A stretch of 64,000 bases of DNA from Zancudomyces culisetae HAW-14-8 (taxonomy: Eukaryota; Fungi; Kickxellomycota), in assembly GCA_052426225.1 (NCBI GenBank), contig JBNJNM010000011.1, positions 2,294,001 to 2,358,000 of the forward strand, given 5' to 3'. Below the pieces are notes generated by a model, which was not told where the DNA came from, made no database searches, and saw nothing but the letters and a program-made list of their open reading frames with translations. Position numbers and translations under genes: made by a program. Positions 37,601-49,805 of this stretch are shown piece by piece (the first letter of the stretch is position 1; each line of letters starts with the position of its first letter).

Positions 37601-39505
37601 TTCGTTACTTTTCCACTCACCAACCCTCTTTACCACATCTCCGTCATCGTAATACACATTCACTGCCTCATCTGTAATCTGAACTATTTCGCCTGCCCTC
37701 GTCTGCCCAATATACAAACTCGGCTTATCTGTTTGTAACCATTCTTGCTTCCCCACATTCCAATCCTCAATCACCACTGTCTGTTCGCGTTTCATTCGCA
37801 AAAACCGCGTGTAATTCGCAAAACTTAACCCCAAAACCGTCTCCCTTTTTCGGCCAATTGCCCAGATCGATACCAATCCCTTCATCTCCACTCTTCCCCA
37901 TTCCTTTATTCCTGTTCCGTTCCTTATTACCCTAAGTGATGGTCTTGATCGTGCGCCCGAACATGTAATCAATCTCTGCCCCCCTCCCTCTATCTCTCTG
38001 TTCTTCACCATACATATATCCACTATTGGTGCCAAGTTTGTCATTGTCTCCTTCACCTCCAAGTACGTATCCCCCTCATCTCCATTACTCTTAATCATAT
38101 CTCGTCGCATCTTAACCAGCTGCGAATCGCCATAGTGTGACCCAACAAATACCTTCCCTCTTCCAACATATGAAATTGTCATCGGAACCGGAATTTCACC
38201 CAGCCTCTCCACCTCTATCTTTCGCTGACCATTCTCCTGCCGCACTATTACCACAAACATTGTTCCAACCTCATCTCCCACCAATAATCGCTCCATATCT
38301 CTATTCACACTGACCTTCTCATTCTGCTTGCTATACTTTCGATTCTCCTCTTCTCGCTCCTCAATCCATGTTGCTGCTGCAACCACCGATCCCTCTATCT
38401 TTTTACTCACTTCCCGTTTTTCCTCTATATACTTTACCATATCTTCACTCAGTACCATTATTCCTCCAGTACTCAAACTCGACACCTTTATTGCATTTGC
38501 GTTCATATCTAAATTTCGATGCTGCCACCTACTATGTAACCGCGTTCGCTTGCTAATGCTACCACCTCCGCCAAATCGTACCCTCTCGCTTGTCACTCCA
38601 TATACCTTCAAGTGCTGCATCATATTTGCATCCTCATACAACAGCACCATCTCAATCTCTTTCTCTTTGTTGCGAAAATCTATATCCAATACCTTCAATT
38701 CTTCTATTCTACAACTCTCTGCCTGATATAGGTGTCTCTTCCTCAATTTATTTTCCTCTACTTCCTCCACCATATATGGCCACCGCCCTACCTCCCCCTT
38801 ATCTCGTTGCCCACTTTTACCCTTTTCTTGTCCTCCTTTTTCCTTCTCTTTCCCCTCCCCCTTCATCATGCTGGCCTGTTTCCTTCGCTCATACTCAGCT
38901 TCCTCCTCCCCTGTACTCGTGTGTATTATTATTATCGTGCCCTGGAACAACATTGCTGCTATACACCGTCCTCTAGGATCTACCGCTATCTTTGCCCCTT
39001 CTTCAATCGGCCGTTGTATCCTCCCTTCAAAATCACCTGCAAATTCCACTACAAGCCTTCTCATACTCAAACTCCACCCCCATATTGCAAATTGCTTTTT
39101 CTCTGACACCACCACTATTTTGTCACGTTTCTGTCCCTATTTTTTTTTTATTTTAGAATTTTTTTATCACATTATCCCACCAGTCCTTTTTTGTCATTGG
39201 ATCTGTATTTGCCCCCTCCTTTTCTTATAGAAATATATGATTAAAAATAAAATAAAATAATGACTTGCCTCTAATCTAATCTTTTTCAAAGCTGAGATTC
39301 TGCCGTGCAATATATGTTCCCCAATCTGTTCAAGCCCCTCCTTCTTCACTTTATACGTTTCTAAGCGATTACATTTTGCCAAAATCAAACTGCGCTCATT
39401 CTCTTCCACAAAATTTCCCTCAACCGAAGCGTATACCGACGTTGGCTTTTGAGCCGTTGCTATGATTTGATACTTCACTTCTACCTCTCCTACCCTCTTT
39501 TCCAT
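34694..39505 (-). CDS. DDB1: DNA damage-binding protein 1 (CUL4 adaptor, triple beta-propeller), 2 exons with a GC-AG intron
   Basis: Exon 1 39505-39269 (IIATAQKPTSV..LAKCNRLE..HGRI), exon 2 39136-34694. Motifs VFVGSHYGDSQL, NLAPIVD, TCSGA..SLRVIRNG, IQRLH..IPL, VGDLM, YHLGDLVN and FIDGDLI. Confidence 0.92.
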
Positions 39506-42500
39506 TCTTGTTTTTCTATCTCTTTCCCCCCCTTTTTTTTTTACAATTGATTCTGTACTTGATTGTGCTAACCCTTCAATCTGCAGTGCCTATCCTGTTT
39601 ATTCTCCAAGGATGTGTAAGCTTATACACTTTTTATATGTGTAGTTGTACATATACCGCTGTATATTTGTATCTATATGTATCTTTTTTAAACCCCAAGT
39701 ATCTTGATTTTTTTACTTTGCTATTACCCTGCGATACTGTTTAAGTAAAAGTCTAATTCTCTCTTGGATTTATACACAATTTGTTCATATAACTGGCTCG
39801 TTTCTATCAGATCTATCCACAGTTTTCTACAATTAAAGGTTTGTTTATATTCATCCTCTTTTTTGTTTGAGATTTGTTTTGCACTCCAATCCAAACACCT
39901 CTAGTTACTTTATTTTTATCACGCTTTTAACCTTTTTTTTTTCCTTTAGTTCAAAGGTTTTATTTTTTACCTTGAAATGTTCTATGGATTATGTTTACGT
40001 TTTTGTTTAATTGAGAATGAACATTTCACAAAAGAAAACGTTCCAATCATACTGTATTTCTACCTAGTAGAAAAATTATGATGTTATTGTACCAACCAGC
40101 TTTCTTTTTTTTTTTCACTATTTTGAATTTATTTTAGGTTTATTTTAATAGCTTGAGAAAGCGAAGGAGGTGTGGGGGTGTAGGGATTTCTATATTTAAA
40201 ACCAACTATTCCTTCCAGAAATACTATTACTAGTTATAATTTATCTAAATGACTGCTATTATATCTGATATATAGGTCAGAGTTTCAGCCAAACTCAGGC
40301 CTTGACAGAGTGTTTTTTTTTATCTCACTTTCCTTGGTTAAACTCATGAGATGTGTGTAATCACATCAATACACTTTTTGGCCTTGTGCAAACCTGATCT
40401 CTCTGCTGATGGGATTACCTTGTTCATAATTTTTGATGTATACACCTTTGGCTGTCCTTTATCCTTTGCCAAGAACGATGAGTAAATTAAAACGAACCTG
40501 ATTTATGGCAACTGGTTGTTAATGTTTTAACGATCATTCTTGTATATATTGGACCTGCATTTTGAAACGAATCAGACTTTTGCTACTACAAAACATTTAC
40601 TACCAAATATAAATAATCACATTCGGCTTGGTTTATTACTAAAAAGCACCTCTAGTTATTTTTATTGTGAATGTGAATGGCTTTGGAAAAAGAAACTACA
40701 CATGAGCACACTTGATATTTTTAGGAGCCTGTTATTTTTGATCTCCCTTTATTTGCATCATAGGATTGTAAATCTATCCAGTATTACTACATACAACCTA
40801 CAAAACCCCTTTCAATTTGTATGTAACAAGTGTCATTACTGCCATCATCACTTTTTATAGATGCCAGTATAACTTTTCTAAAAGATTATTTGACTTATGA
40901 ACTAACAGACCAACCCTGTATATTTACTCAATAAATAATTGTTTTTTCTGAGTATGCTTGTCACATTTATACAAACATTATGTATAAAAATAAAGATGCA
41001 GTAAAATATGGTATCCGCTTCTATTCATACTCATTCCTCCTCCTCTTTCTCCATTGAATTAATATACTTATTCATTTCTGTAGTGAACATCAAGAACAAC
41101 TCAGTATCTTGTATATAGCGATTAGTAATTAAGTATAAAACAAGCAAAACATATCCTCGGCTTTGTTTTCAAATGTTTTTTTTTTCATTGAATACTACCA
41201 ACACCATACCAGCTTGTTATATCCTACCACATCTTTTGGTATACAAAACCACTGCTAAAGTGGTATCCCGCATGATCATTTTTCAGATACCATTGTTACT
41301 ACAGTTGAAAATATACAACGTATGACTATTTTTTTAAAGAAATAATTAACCTGTAAAAATACTGAAAAACACAAATAATCCTGAGCTTTTGGGTATGAGA
41401 AAAATTGCAAATATTTGGATAACTGATTTGATACCAAAAAAAAAAAAGAAATGAGGGGAAATATATTGTTATCCTGTGGCAGCCTGGTACGTACTCGAGT
41501 TTATGGACATTACTTTTGAACAAGATTTGTTATAATACAAAAACAAAGAGTAGATGTTATTAAAGATGTAGAAAACAAGAAGATTCATATAACAGAATGA
41601 AGTTGGTGCTACTTTTATGTCATTTAGAATCAGCTGTTCTGGTTTTTTTTTCTCGTTTATCACACCATAATAGACTAAAGTTTGGACAAAATACGCTAAA
41701 TGTGGATTGGCAGGAATGTGGATATCAGTGAAAATTTCTTGGTGGCACAGGGCACAGTTGAATTATAAGCAACAACAGTATTATAATAGGACATACGTTG
41801 CAACCTGATTTTTGAGATATATCTCCACTTTTGGATTATGAAACGAAATAGGGTCGGTTCTGTTGCTCTGCTAAGAACTACCGCTGAAGTCAGGTCGCTG
41901 TGAAACTCTAGGAAGTCATCGGCTCTGCTAAACAAGCAGCATTAACACCTTAGTATTGGTAATAGGAGTCACGCAGTGGAAAATAAAATTAGGTATAAAT
42001 TCTCTGACCATTCTCTTTTTCTTTTCAAAAAAGTGGTTCTATATACCATTCTTACCCATACCAAGAGCCGCTATATTAGAATTTTGTTACGTAAACATCA
42101 AACCACTTTATTTCTATGACCATATTCACTTTACTTGGCTTTGATAAAAAAAAAAGCGTGGCCAGTTCTTTCCTTATTCGCCCATCCCGTATAAGGCGTG
42201 TGACCACTACTATTTTATGTGCAATTTGCTTGGTTTGATTCTGCGAACTATGTGTTCAGTTTTTTTTTGTGAACAGCTGAAAGCCGAAAAACCATATGCG
42301 AATATATTTCTGTTACTATCACCACTTATACCTCTACTTTCACTTCCACACTTATCTATCTACCCTGACCCTTACTTATTCATAAAACCAAAACAGGCGA
42401 TTTTCTAGATTAAATAACTCTTGCGTTTTTACATGCTCTTGAAAAAATGGTAAAAATGGTAAAAATGGTCTCAAGATAATCGATTAGCTTGATGGTTTGC

Positions 42501-43358
42501 TGATAAGAAAGAAGTATTCAGACCTTTTATTTGATGATGGTTAATTATGACTAAACTTTGTTCCTTACAATGTTCAATGTTTTTCCGACCATTTTTAAAT
42601 TCCTTAAAACCGTTTAATTGCACCAAAGAACGAGACTAGCGGTGCAATAAACAAAGCAATTATAAAAAAAGCCACTATTTTATCAATTCGCCTAAAAAAA
42701 AACTGAGCAAGTGGTTTAACCAACCACTAAAGGTTTTTGTAACTCTAAAAAAATAACCAATTAACTCATAAGATGCATTAACTTTGGCTGAAAATTAGAA
42801 AATGTTTTTAAACTTTAATGGTCAAAAATAGCCACTAAAACGCATCGGAGTAGATAAAGTTCATGATCATTGGGAAAAAAACAAAGGCTTATGTATATAT
42901 CTCCATATGCAACTAGGGCTAGTTAGCTAATAAACTTGATTAAGTAAGCTATGCCGAAGTGGGTTGAGCTTAAATTTCACATGAAAGAGGTGGGGGGAGA
43001 GGAGAAATAAATAAACTATTACCATCCAAACAAATGCGCCAAAGCAGCAATGTGATTGTGTAGTCCAGAAGGCATCAGATTTGCTCATAGACCTATCTTT
43101 GTAATGCGAGCTTTCGCTTTCCTCCTGTTTTTTCCTTTGTTCTTTTTTTTTTTTCGGTTGAAGCCTTGTTGATTATTTTGCTCGCAATATATAATCAGAT
43201 TTTCGAAAAAAAAGTAAAAGATTTTTTTATCAATTCACAATAAGCTTATATTATAAAATACGACTTGAGACCCATTACTCTAATCTATATTTCTGAAAAA
43301 TTGTGTAAGAATCTCACATTAGAGAGTGAACTCACAGACCAAAAACAACAATAACAAT

Positions 43359-45680
43359 ATGCTCAGAGGTCTAGCAAAAAGCAAAACATTGAGATACGGA
43401 GTTGCGGCTACAGCTGCAGGATATGCCTTTTACAAACTTAAGAAAGACGAAAACTATAGAGCTACATTCGCTCAAAACTGGCTTCAGACAATGCATGCTG
43501 ATAGTTTACCAGGTGCAAAAAATCCTCTGAGACTGTGGGAAGCGCCTAGCCGATCCGAACTCATAAAAAAACTCAAGAACAAGGATGATGAAGAGTTTGA
43601 TCTACTTATAATAGGAGGTGGTGCTACCGGTGCCGGTTGTGCTGTGGATGCTGCCAGTAGAGGACTGAAGGTTGCTATGGTCGAACGCGACGATTTCTCA
43701 GCAGGTAATACCAATATCCCATATTTGCTAACATTCGGTTATTTAACAGTTACTTGATTATGCTTTAATACACCAATCTGTTTTGTGATGCTTCGAGTGT
43801 CATAAACTGCAAAAGAAAAAAAATAAAAGAAAAGATCTTGAGAATATAACTTTTTGTACACCACAATAGGAACATCTTCAAAATCAACAAAACTGATTCA
43901 TGGTGGTGTACGTTATCTACAAGCAGCCATAATGAACCTAGACAAGGGTCAATGGGATATGGTAAAAGAAGCCTTGCAAGCCAGAAGAAACTTTCTGGAT
44001 ATAGCACCACATCTTAGTCGTGAAATGCCTATTCTGCTACCTGTGTATGCCTGGTGGAAACTTCCATACTATTGGATTGGTTGTAAAATGTATGATTTAC
44101 TTTCCGGAAGCAAAAGGCTTTCATCCAGTTACTTTTTGCTGAGACAAAAAACCATCCAGGAGTTCCCAACAATCAACGACAAAGGATTGGTTGGGTCGAT
44201 AATATATCACGACGGAATGCAAAATGACTCCAAGATGAATGTTTCATTGGTAATGACAGCAGCAGCATACGGAGCGACAGTAGCAAACAAAGTGGAAGTA
44301 GTTGATCTTGTTAAGAAAAAGAATGAGGATGGAAAAGAAGTTGTTAGGGGTGCTATCTTGATGGATAAAGAGACAGGAGAGGTTTGGGAAGTCAAGGCCA
44401 AGGGCGTGATCAATGCCACCGGGCCATTTACAGATAAAATCCTGCAAATGGATCAGCCACATAAAAGCAGCATTGTAGTTCCAAGTTCAGGTGTTCACTT
44501 GGTCATCCCACCATTCTTTGCTCCTAAAGATATGGGTCTGCTAGAGGCTGAAACAAGCGATGGTAGAGTGATATTTATGCTTCCATGGGAAGGAAAAGTC
44601 TTGGCAGGAACTACTGATAAACAGTGCGAAGTCAGGGAAAACATTCCTCCAACAGAAGAGGAAATCCGATGGATTGTGAAGGAAGTGAACAATGTGATGA
44701 AGAGCGATGTCAACATCCGCGAAGAAGATATCCTGTCCGCATGGTCAGGAATCAGACCATTGGTTAGAGATCCAAAATCGAAAAATACAAAGGATCTTGT
44801 TAGAAACCACGTGGTTTTTGTTTCTGACTCGGAAATGGTAACCATTGCCGGAGGCAAGTGGACTACATATAGAGAGATGGCCAACGAGACCATAGATGAG
44901 GCTGTCAAGCTATACAAGCTGGATTCAAGCGACAAGTGTAGAACTCTAGGGCTTAAAGTAGTTGGGGCAGAATCCTGGGATTCCAATCTTCCAATAAAGC
45001 TCATCCACTCCTTCGGCTTAGATGAAGATATCGCCACTAACCTGTCGCACAACTATGGTGACAGAGCCTGGGCAGTGTGTGCATTGGGAGATTACTCCGA
45101 AGCCAATCCAGCAGCGAGAATTCATCCAAGACTTCCCTACCTCGAGGCTGAAGTTGAATACGCAGCAAACTATGAGTTTGCGAGAGGCGTTGTTGACGTA
45201 ATTTCCAGAAGAACTAGAATGTCATTTGTAGATGCAAAGGCCACTCGTGACTCCATTCCAAAGATCATTGACATTATGGCTGCAACATTGAACTGGAGTT
45301 CAGCAAAAAAGGAGGCAGAGTTTAACGACGCGGTTAACTTTATGGAGTCTATGGGCTTGAAATGTGATCTGCAGAGTCCCGAGATAGTTGCACTGAAGAA
45401 GAAACTGGGTGCCACTTCCTATAAACCAAACAAAACACAGCAAAAGTTCAATATCTCTGCATTGGATGTTGGTGCACTAAGAGCAGAGTTCAGCAACGTT
45501 GACCACCACCACGGCAACGGCCAACTTCCAGTAACTAGCATAGCCAATATTGTGAAGGAAAGTGGTGTTGCATTTGACCAAACAAGGCTTGAAAATGGCC
45601 TCACTGCTGTTGCGCAGGGTTCTAGTGACAAAACAGTCGGATTTAGTCAAATTCTGGAAATCCTTAGTGGTGCCAAATAG
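43359..45680 (+). CDS. GUT2: Mitochondrial FAD-dependent glycerol-3-phosphate dehydrogenase, 2 exons
   Basis: Exon 1 43359-43704 (DLLIIGGGATGAG, ERDDFSA), exon 2 43870-45680 (GTSSKSTKLIHGGVRYL, NATGPFTD, WSGIRPLV, GGKWTTYR, RRTR). Confidence 0.95.
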
Positions 45681-46007
45681 TTTTTTTATTTAAAAAAAAC
45701 CTATAATTTGGGGTTTTCCCACTTTACAATTAAATTATTAATACACAACCACGGTGCTAATTCTGTTGTACTAGCTAGTGGTTTGGAAATTTTTAGCAAT
45801 TTTATAAAATCGTTAAGTTGTACTATTAAGTGTACTTGATGTTGCAAAATAAAATTATTTTATTATTATTTGGGAATCGAAATCAAATATAGTATAAAAA
45901 AAATTTTTTTTTTGTATTGTAGAGAATTTGTAACGATTTAGTTTGAATTGACATTATAAACTATAAGGAATCTATACAGCACAAAAGACCGAATTATTTT
46001 TAAAGCC

Positions 46008-46529
46008 ATGGACAAGCAAAAAAAGGTTATTGACAGTTTGCTGAAAGAGGCCCTGCGCAATGACAAAAAGCAGGCAAAATCTAGAGTATCCAAAACTGCC
46101 AGCCAAAAAAAAGGTGAGTATAATTTTCTGAACTTGAACAAAAATGATTAATGCGCCGTCGTACTGCTATCAATTTGGGCACTTGCTGACAAGAGTACTG
46201 GTACCTTTTTATAGCTACAAAAAAAACAAAGTTGAATAAGGGTTTAACTAAAGCCGACAAGACAATGAAAAGAAACATCAAACAGTTGACCAAAAAAGTC
46301 GAGCCCAGCCAGATAGAGTTGGATGCGTTAAAAAAGGTAAGATTTATTTTTTGCACGATATTTGTTATATTCTATGCTGATTTTCTACGCGAACTACCGA
46401 ATCTTGCCGCTACAGATAAAACTAACAACTTCATATTATGTAAAATAGCTCAGGCAAGTGTTAACCAAGAAGTCTAATGTACATATAAAGGAGCGAAGAA
46501 GCAACTTTGAAGATTACGATTCCGAATAA
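46008..46529 (+). CDS. Small Lys-rich 102 aa protein (3 exons), possibly AROS/RPS19BP1/Rrt14-like ribosome-biogenesis factor
   Basis: Exons 46008-46113, 46215-46336 and 46449-46529 with GTGAGT/GTAAGA donors and TAG acceptors give MDKQKKVIDSLLKEALR...KTMKRNIKQLTKK...LRQVLTKK...NFEDYDSE*. Confidence 0.72.
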
Positions 46530-46943
46530 GGCGATTGTATCCACATCCTAAATACTCGCTAGATGGTTGATTTTACCTTCAAGCATTGAAATTTTTACAA
46601 ATACATTGTATTAGAATACAACTTTGCAACTAGACATAGCAGCTTTTCAATGCTATTTCTTCGTAATACTGTACTTTTTTTTTTACTCTACTACTTTTAT
46701 TATTATTGATAATCCACATAAGAAGGGGGAACCTTAGCAATATATCATCACTTTTAGAAAACTAACTTTCTTCAAGTTATCTGTATTTTTTTATGTATTA
46801 TTGCTGCGAATATTTATATGTATATATATATTTATTTATTTTTGAGAAAACGAAGCCCCAACGGAATATTCTAAATTGGTAAACCATAAACATAAAAGTC
46901 AGTAAGGAGCATAAATGTAAATAGAGCAAACGAAACCTATACA

Positions 46944-48483
46944 CTAACTAAGGGGCTCTTCGCTATCACTTAAGCGCGATAGGTGCAGGTAGGCATCTGT
47001 TCCATAGTTTTCCATAGATATTATTTTAAGGTCACCACCAAAGTATCTGGCATAAAGCCTACTCAACGGAAGCCCATACCCGTATCCTGCCAGTGGTGCT
47101 TTAAAGTCTGATTTATCAGAGGTATCTTCCAAATCAGGTGCTTCAGCAGTAGTGTACATGTATGTCCAAACTTTGCTCAGGTTACTTCGAGAGATACCAC
47201 CTCCTTCATCGGAAATCTTGATCGTGATGTCTTCATTTCCTTCAGCAACTACAATTTTGATGGGTGGGAAGTCTTCAGCATCCTCTCCATACAATTCTAC
47301 TGTTGCACGTAGACTGTTTTTTACGAGTTCAAATACCATGTGGTGTAGGTGGCTTGGAACATACATAAAATTAAGCGTCTTTGGGCAGTGCAGCTCAACA
47401 TCTGGGGATTTTGGCATAAAATAGTAGTCCTCGCAAATGTATTTGGCGTTTTCTATTGCTTCTCTAACCACGACTGGCAGTTTTGTTTTTGTACAGATTA
47501 TCCCGACATAATCTTTTGCTTTTACAGGATTGTTGAGTTCAATGTGCTGTCCTATTTATAGCATTTGCGTATATATGCGATGGTTAGTTTGATTTAATAC
47601 CATCAACTTCCTTTAGTCGAATTGAAATTTGCTAAGTCATTCTATATATGTACTAGCTACAATAGCAGCATATACGAAATGTAACTAATAAAATGACGTA
47701 GCTGGTGTAGTGGCGCCATCGTTGCTTACCTATCAACATTCTAATACCAATCCTGGATAGATAAAAGCGATCCAGAAATCTTTGAATTTCGCCATCTATG
47801 TTTTCGTTATTTGTGGAGTTTTTGTATTCCAAGACGCCTTGTGCAACAGTGGCAACAACCGCATCGTGCCTTCGTTTGATTGAGCTTATTAGTTTTACAA
47901 AGCTGTTATTGTATTCCTTTACTTCTCTAGGGTACTTTATATCTTTTGTATTGTTGTAATACATGCTGGGCATCTCTGCTAGCTCAGAGCCCGAGCTGAC
48001 CATCAAGTTTTCACGTGTATCGCACGAATTTGCCATAACAATCTCTTGGATTTTTTGAGGAACTTGGGGAAAGTGGATCAGCTCCTAATGTTAAGAATTC
48101 GCAAATCACGGGTATAAATAGGCAATACAATAAATGCTTCGTTATCCGAGTCTCTGTGTTCGTCTAGAGACAAAAATAATGAAGAAAAAAAAATGAAGGA
48201 GAGAGGAACTTACATTAAATGATTCAATATACCAGTTTTTCACTCGATTGATGGATTGCATCGTATTGACCTTGGGAATAGTATCCAACTCAATGACTCG
48301 ATGAGCTAGCCGAATAGGTAATTCATAGTGCACGAATTGAGAAGCCCTTAGCAGAGCACCTTGATTGGGATTTTGGCCAAATTTGACCATTTGGTTCAGT
48401 GAAACCCCAGTTTGCGGAAGCTTTGCGTAGCTTATAATCTTGTCGGCCAACCCCTTTGGTAAATCTGATAATATATTTTTCAT
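46944..48483 (-). CDS. Mitochondrial pyruvate dehydrogenase kinase (BCDHK/PDK family), 3 exons
   Basis: Exons 48483-48213, 48084-47730 and 47551-46944. Motifs QTGVSLNQMVKFG, ELPIRLAHRV, FLDRFYLSRIGIRMLIGQH, FELVKNSLRA, ISDEGGG and LAGYGYGLPLSRLYARYFGGDL. Confidence 0.95.
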
Positions 48484-49715
48484 TTTGTGTGGTTGCAAGA
48501 AAGAGAGTAAAAAGATGAGTAGGCGACAAGCAGGCCTATGATTTAAATAAATATGTTTATAGGTAATGTAATGGTTAGTGGGTATATTTCGAGTAATTTA
48601 TATTATCACTATAATAGAAATTAATTTAATGGGTCTAAAACAACAATTGGTAACTGAATGAACAGGATTGGAAATGAAATATGTTTGATGGTTCAGGTGG
48701 TTTATTTATCGATGCCCGCTAACTCGACCTAGTCAATTCTCCGCCCATTTTTATTATCAGGCATTTTTTTTTGATATTTTTTTCAGATGGGTTTAGATTA
48801 TTCAAATTTTCGTCATGAAGGGGCATGATAGTGATAGCGAGACTTGGAATAAACAGAAAAAATAAAATGGATAAGCGCATTCCAGTTACAGTATCACGCT
48901 CTGAGTATGACTATTGTTTTTTATTTGACAGTGCAAACCACAAGTAAAATGCACAACTAATTTTCAACTTTGGACCCGAAAAGTAAAGCAAATTTAATGA
49001 GTTTACTAAACGAACAACTAAAAAGACAGCAGGCTTATTGCTTACCATTGGGACTGCTACCTCTCTCCAAGGTCATGTATACACCATGTAACCCTATCTA
49101 GCAAATTTTATACCTTTGCCACTGCGGCTATATATACTGATATACTCAGCTCGTCTGAGGTTGACACGTTTACACGATACCAATCTCTGGTTTTCTCATT
49201 ATTAGTATTAACATTCAAGCGTTACAAAAGTTGCGAGCCACTAAAATACCACATCCCCCTCCCATAGAATATGAATAAAGTGTAGACTTTTGTTTTATTT
49301 TCACATTTGAGAATGGTCTTTAGTTTGGTGTATTTGTTCGATAAAAAAAAAGTGGAGTGTTTTAAACCAAACAACATCAAAGAAACAGAAAATCGTCTCA
49401 TAATCAGTTTTGCGGTTATCCCAGTATTTCGATGCTGCTCTCACCCAATCCTAAACGCTTTATATTACTGCACTTTCTTTCTGTTATAAATTGCCCACTT
49501 TTTTGTCTATTTACACCTGTTTGTACCTAATAGAAAATACTGTAAATAAAAGGCACTTGTGTGTGAAAGCATAAATGTTTGAGTACAAAAGAAACCGGGT
49601 CCAATCCCCAGATACTAATTATGGGGCATCTAATGCAAAGCAAAGAACAGCTAAAAAGAAGGATAAAAATTATAGGTACGTGTAATAATGTACCGAAATG
49701 ATGGAAAAGTGAGCG

Positions 49716-49750
49716 AGAGATAGAGATAGAGATGGAGATAGAGATAGAGA
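49716..49750. repeat. (GAGATA)n imperfect hexamer microsatellite
   Basis: gagatagagatagagatggagatagagatagag read directly. Confidence 0.8.
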
Positions 49751-49805
49751 GCTTGAAAAGATGCTAGAAACAATAGCTAGTACAAATATGCACAGTGCCT
49801 GATGG

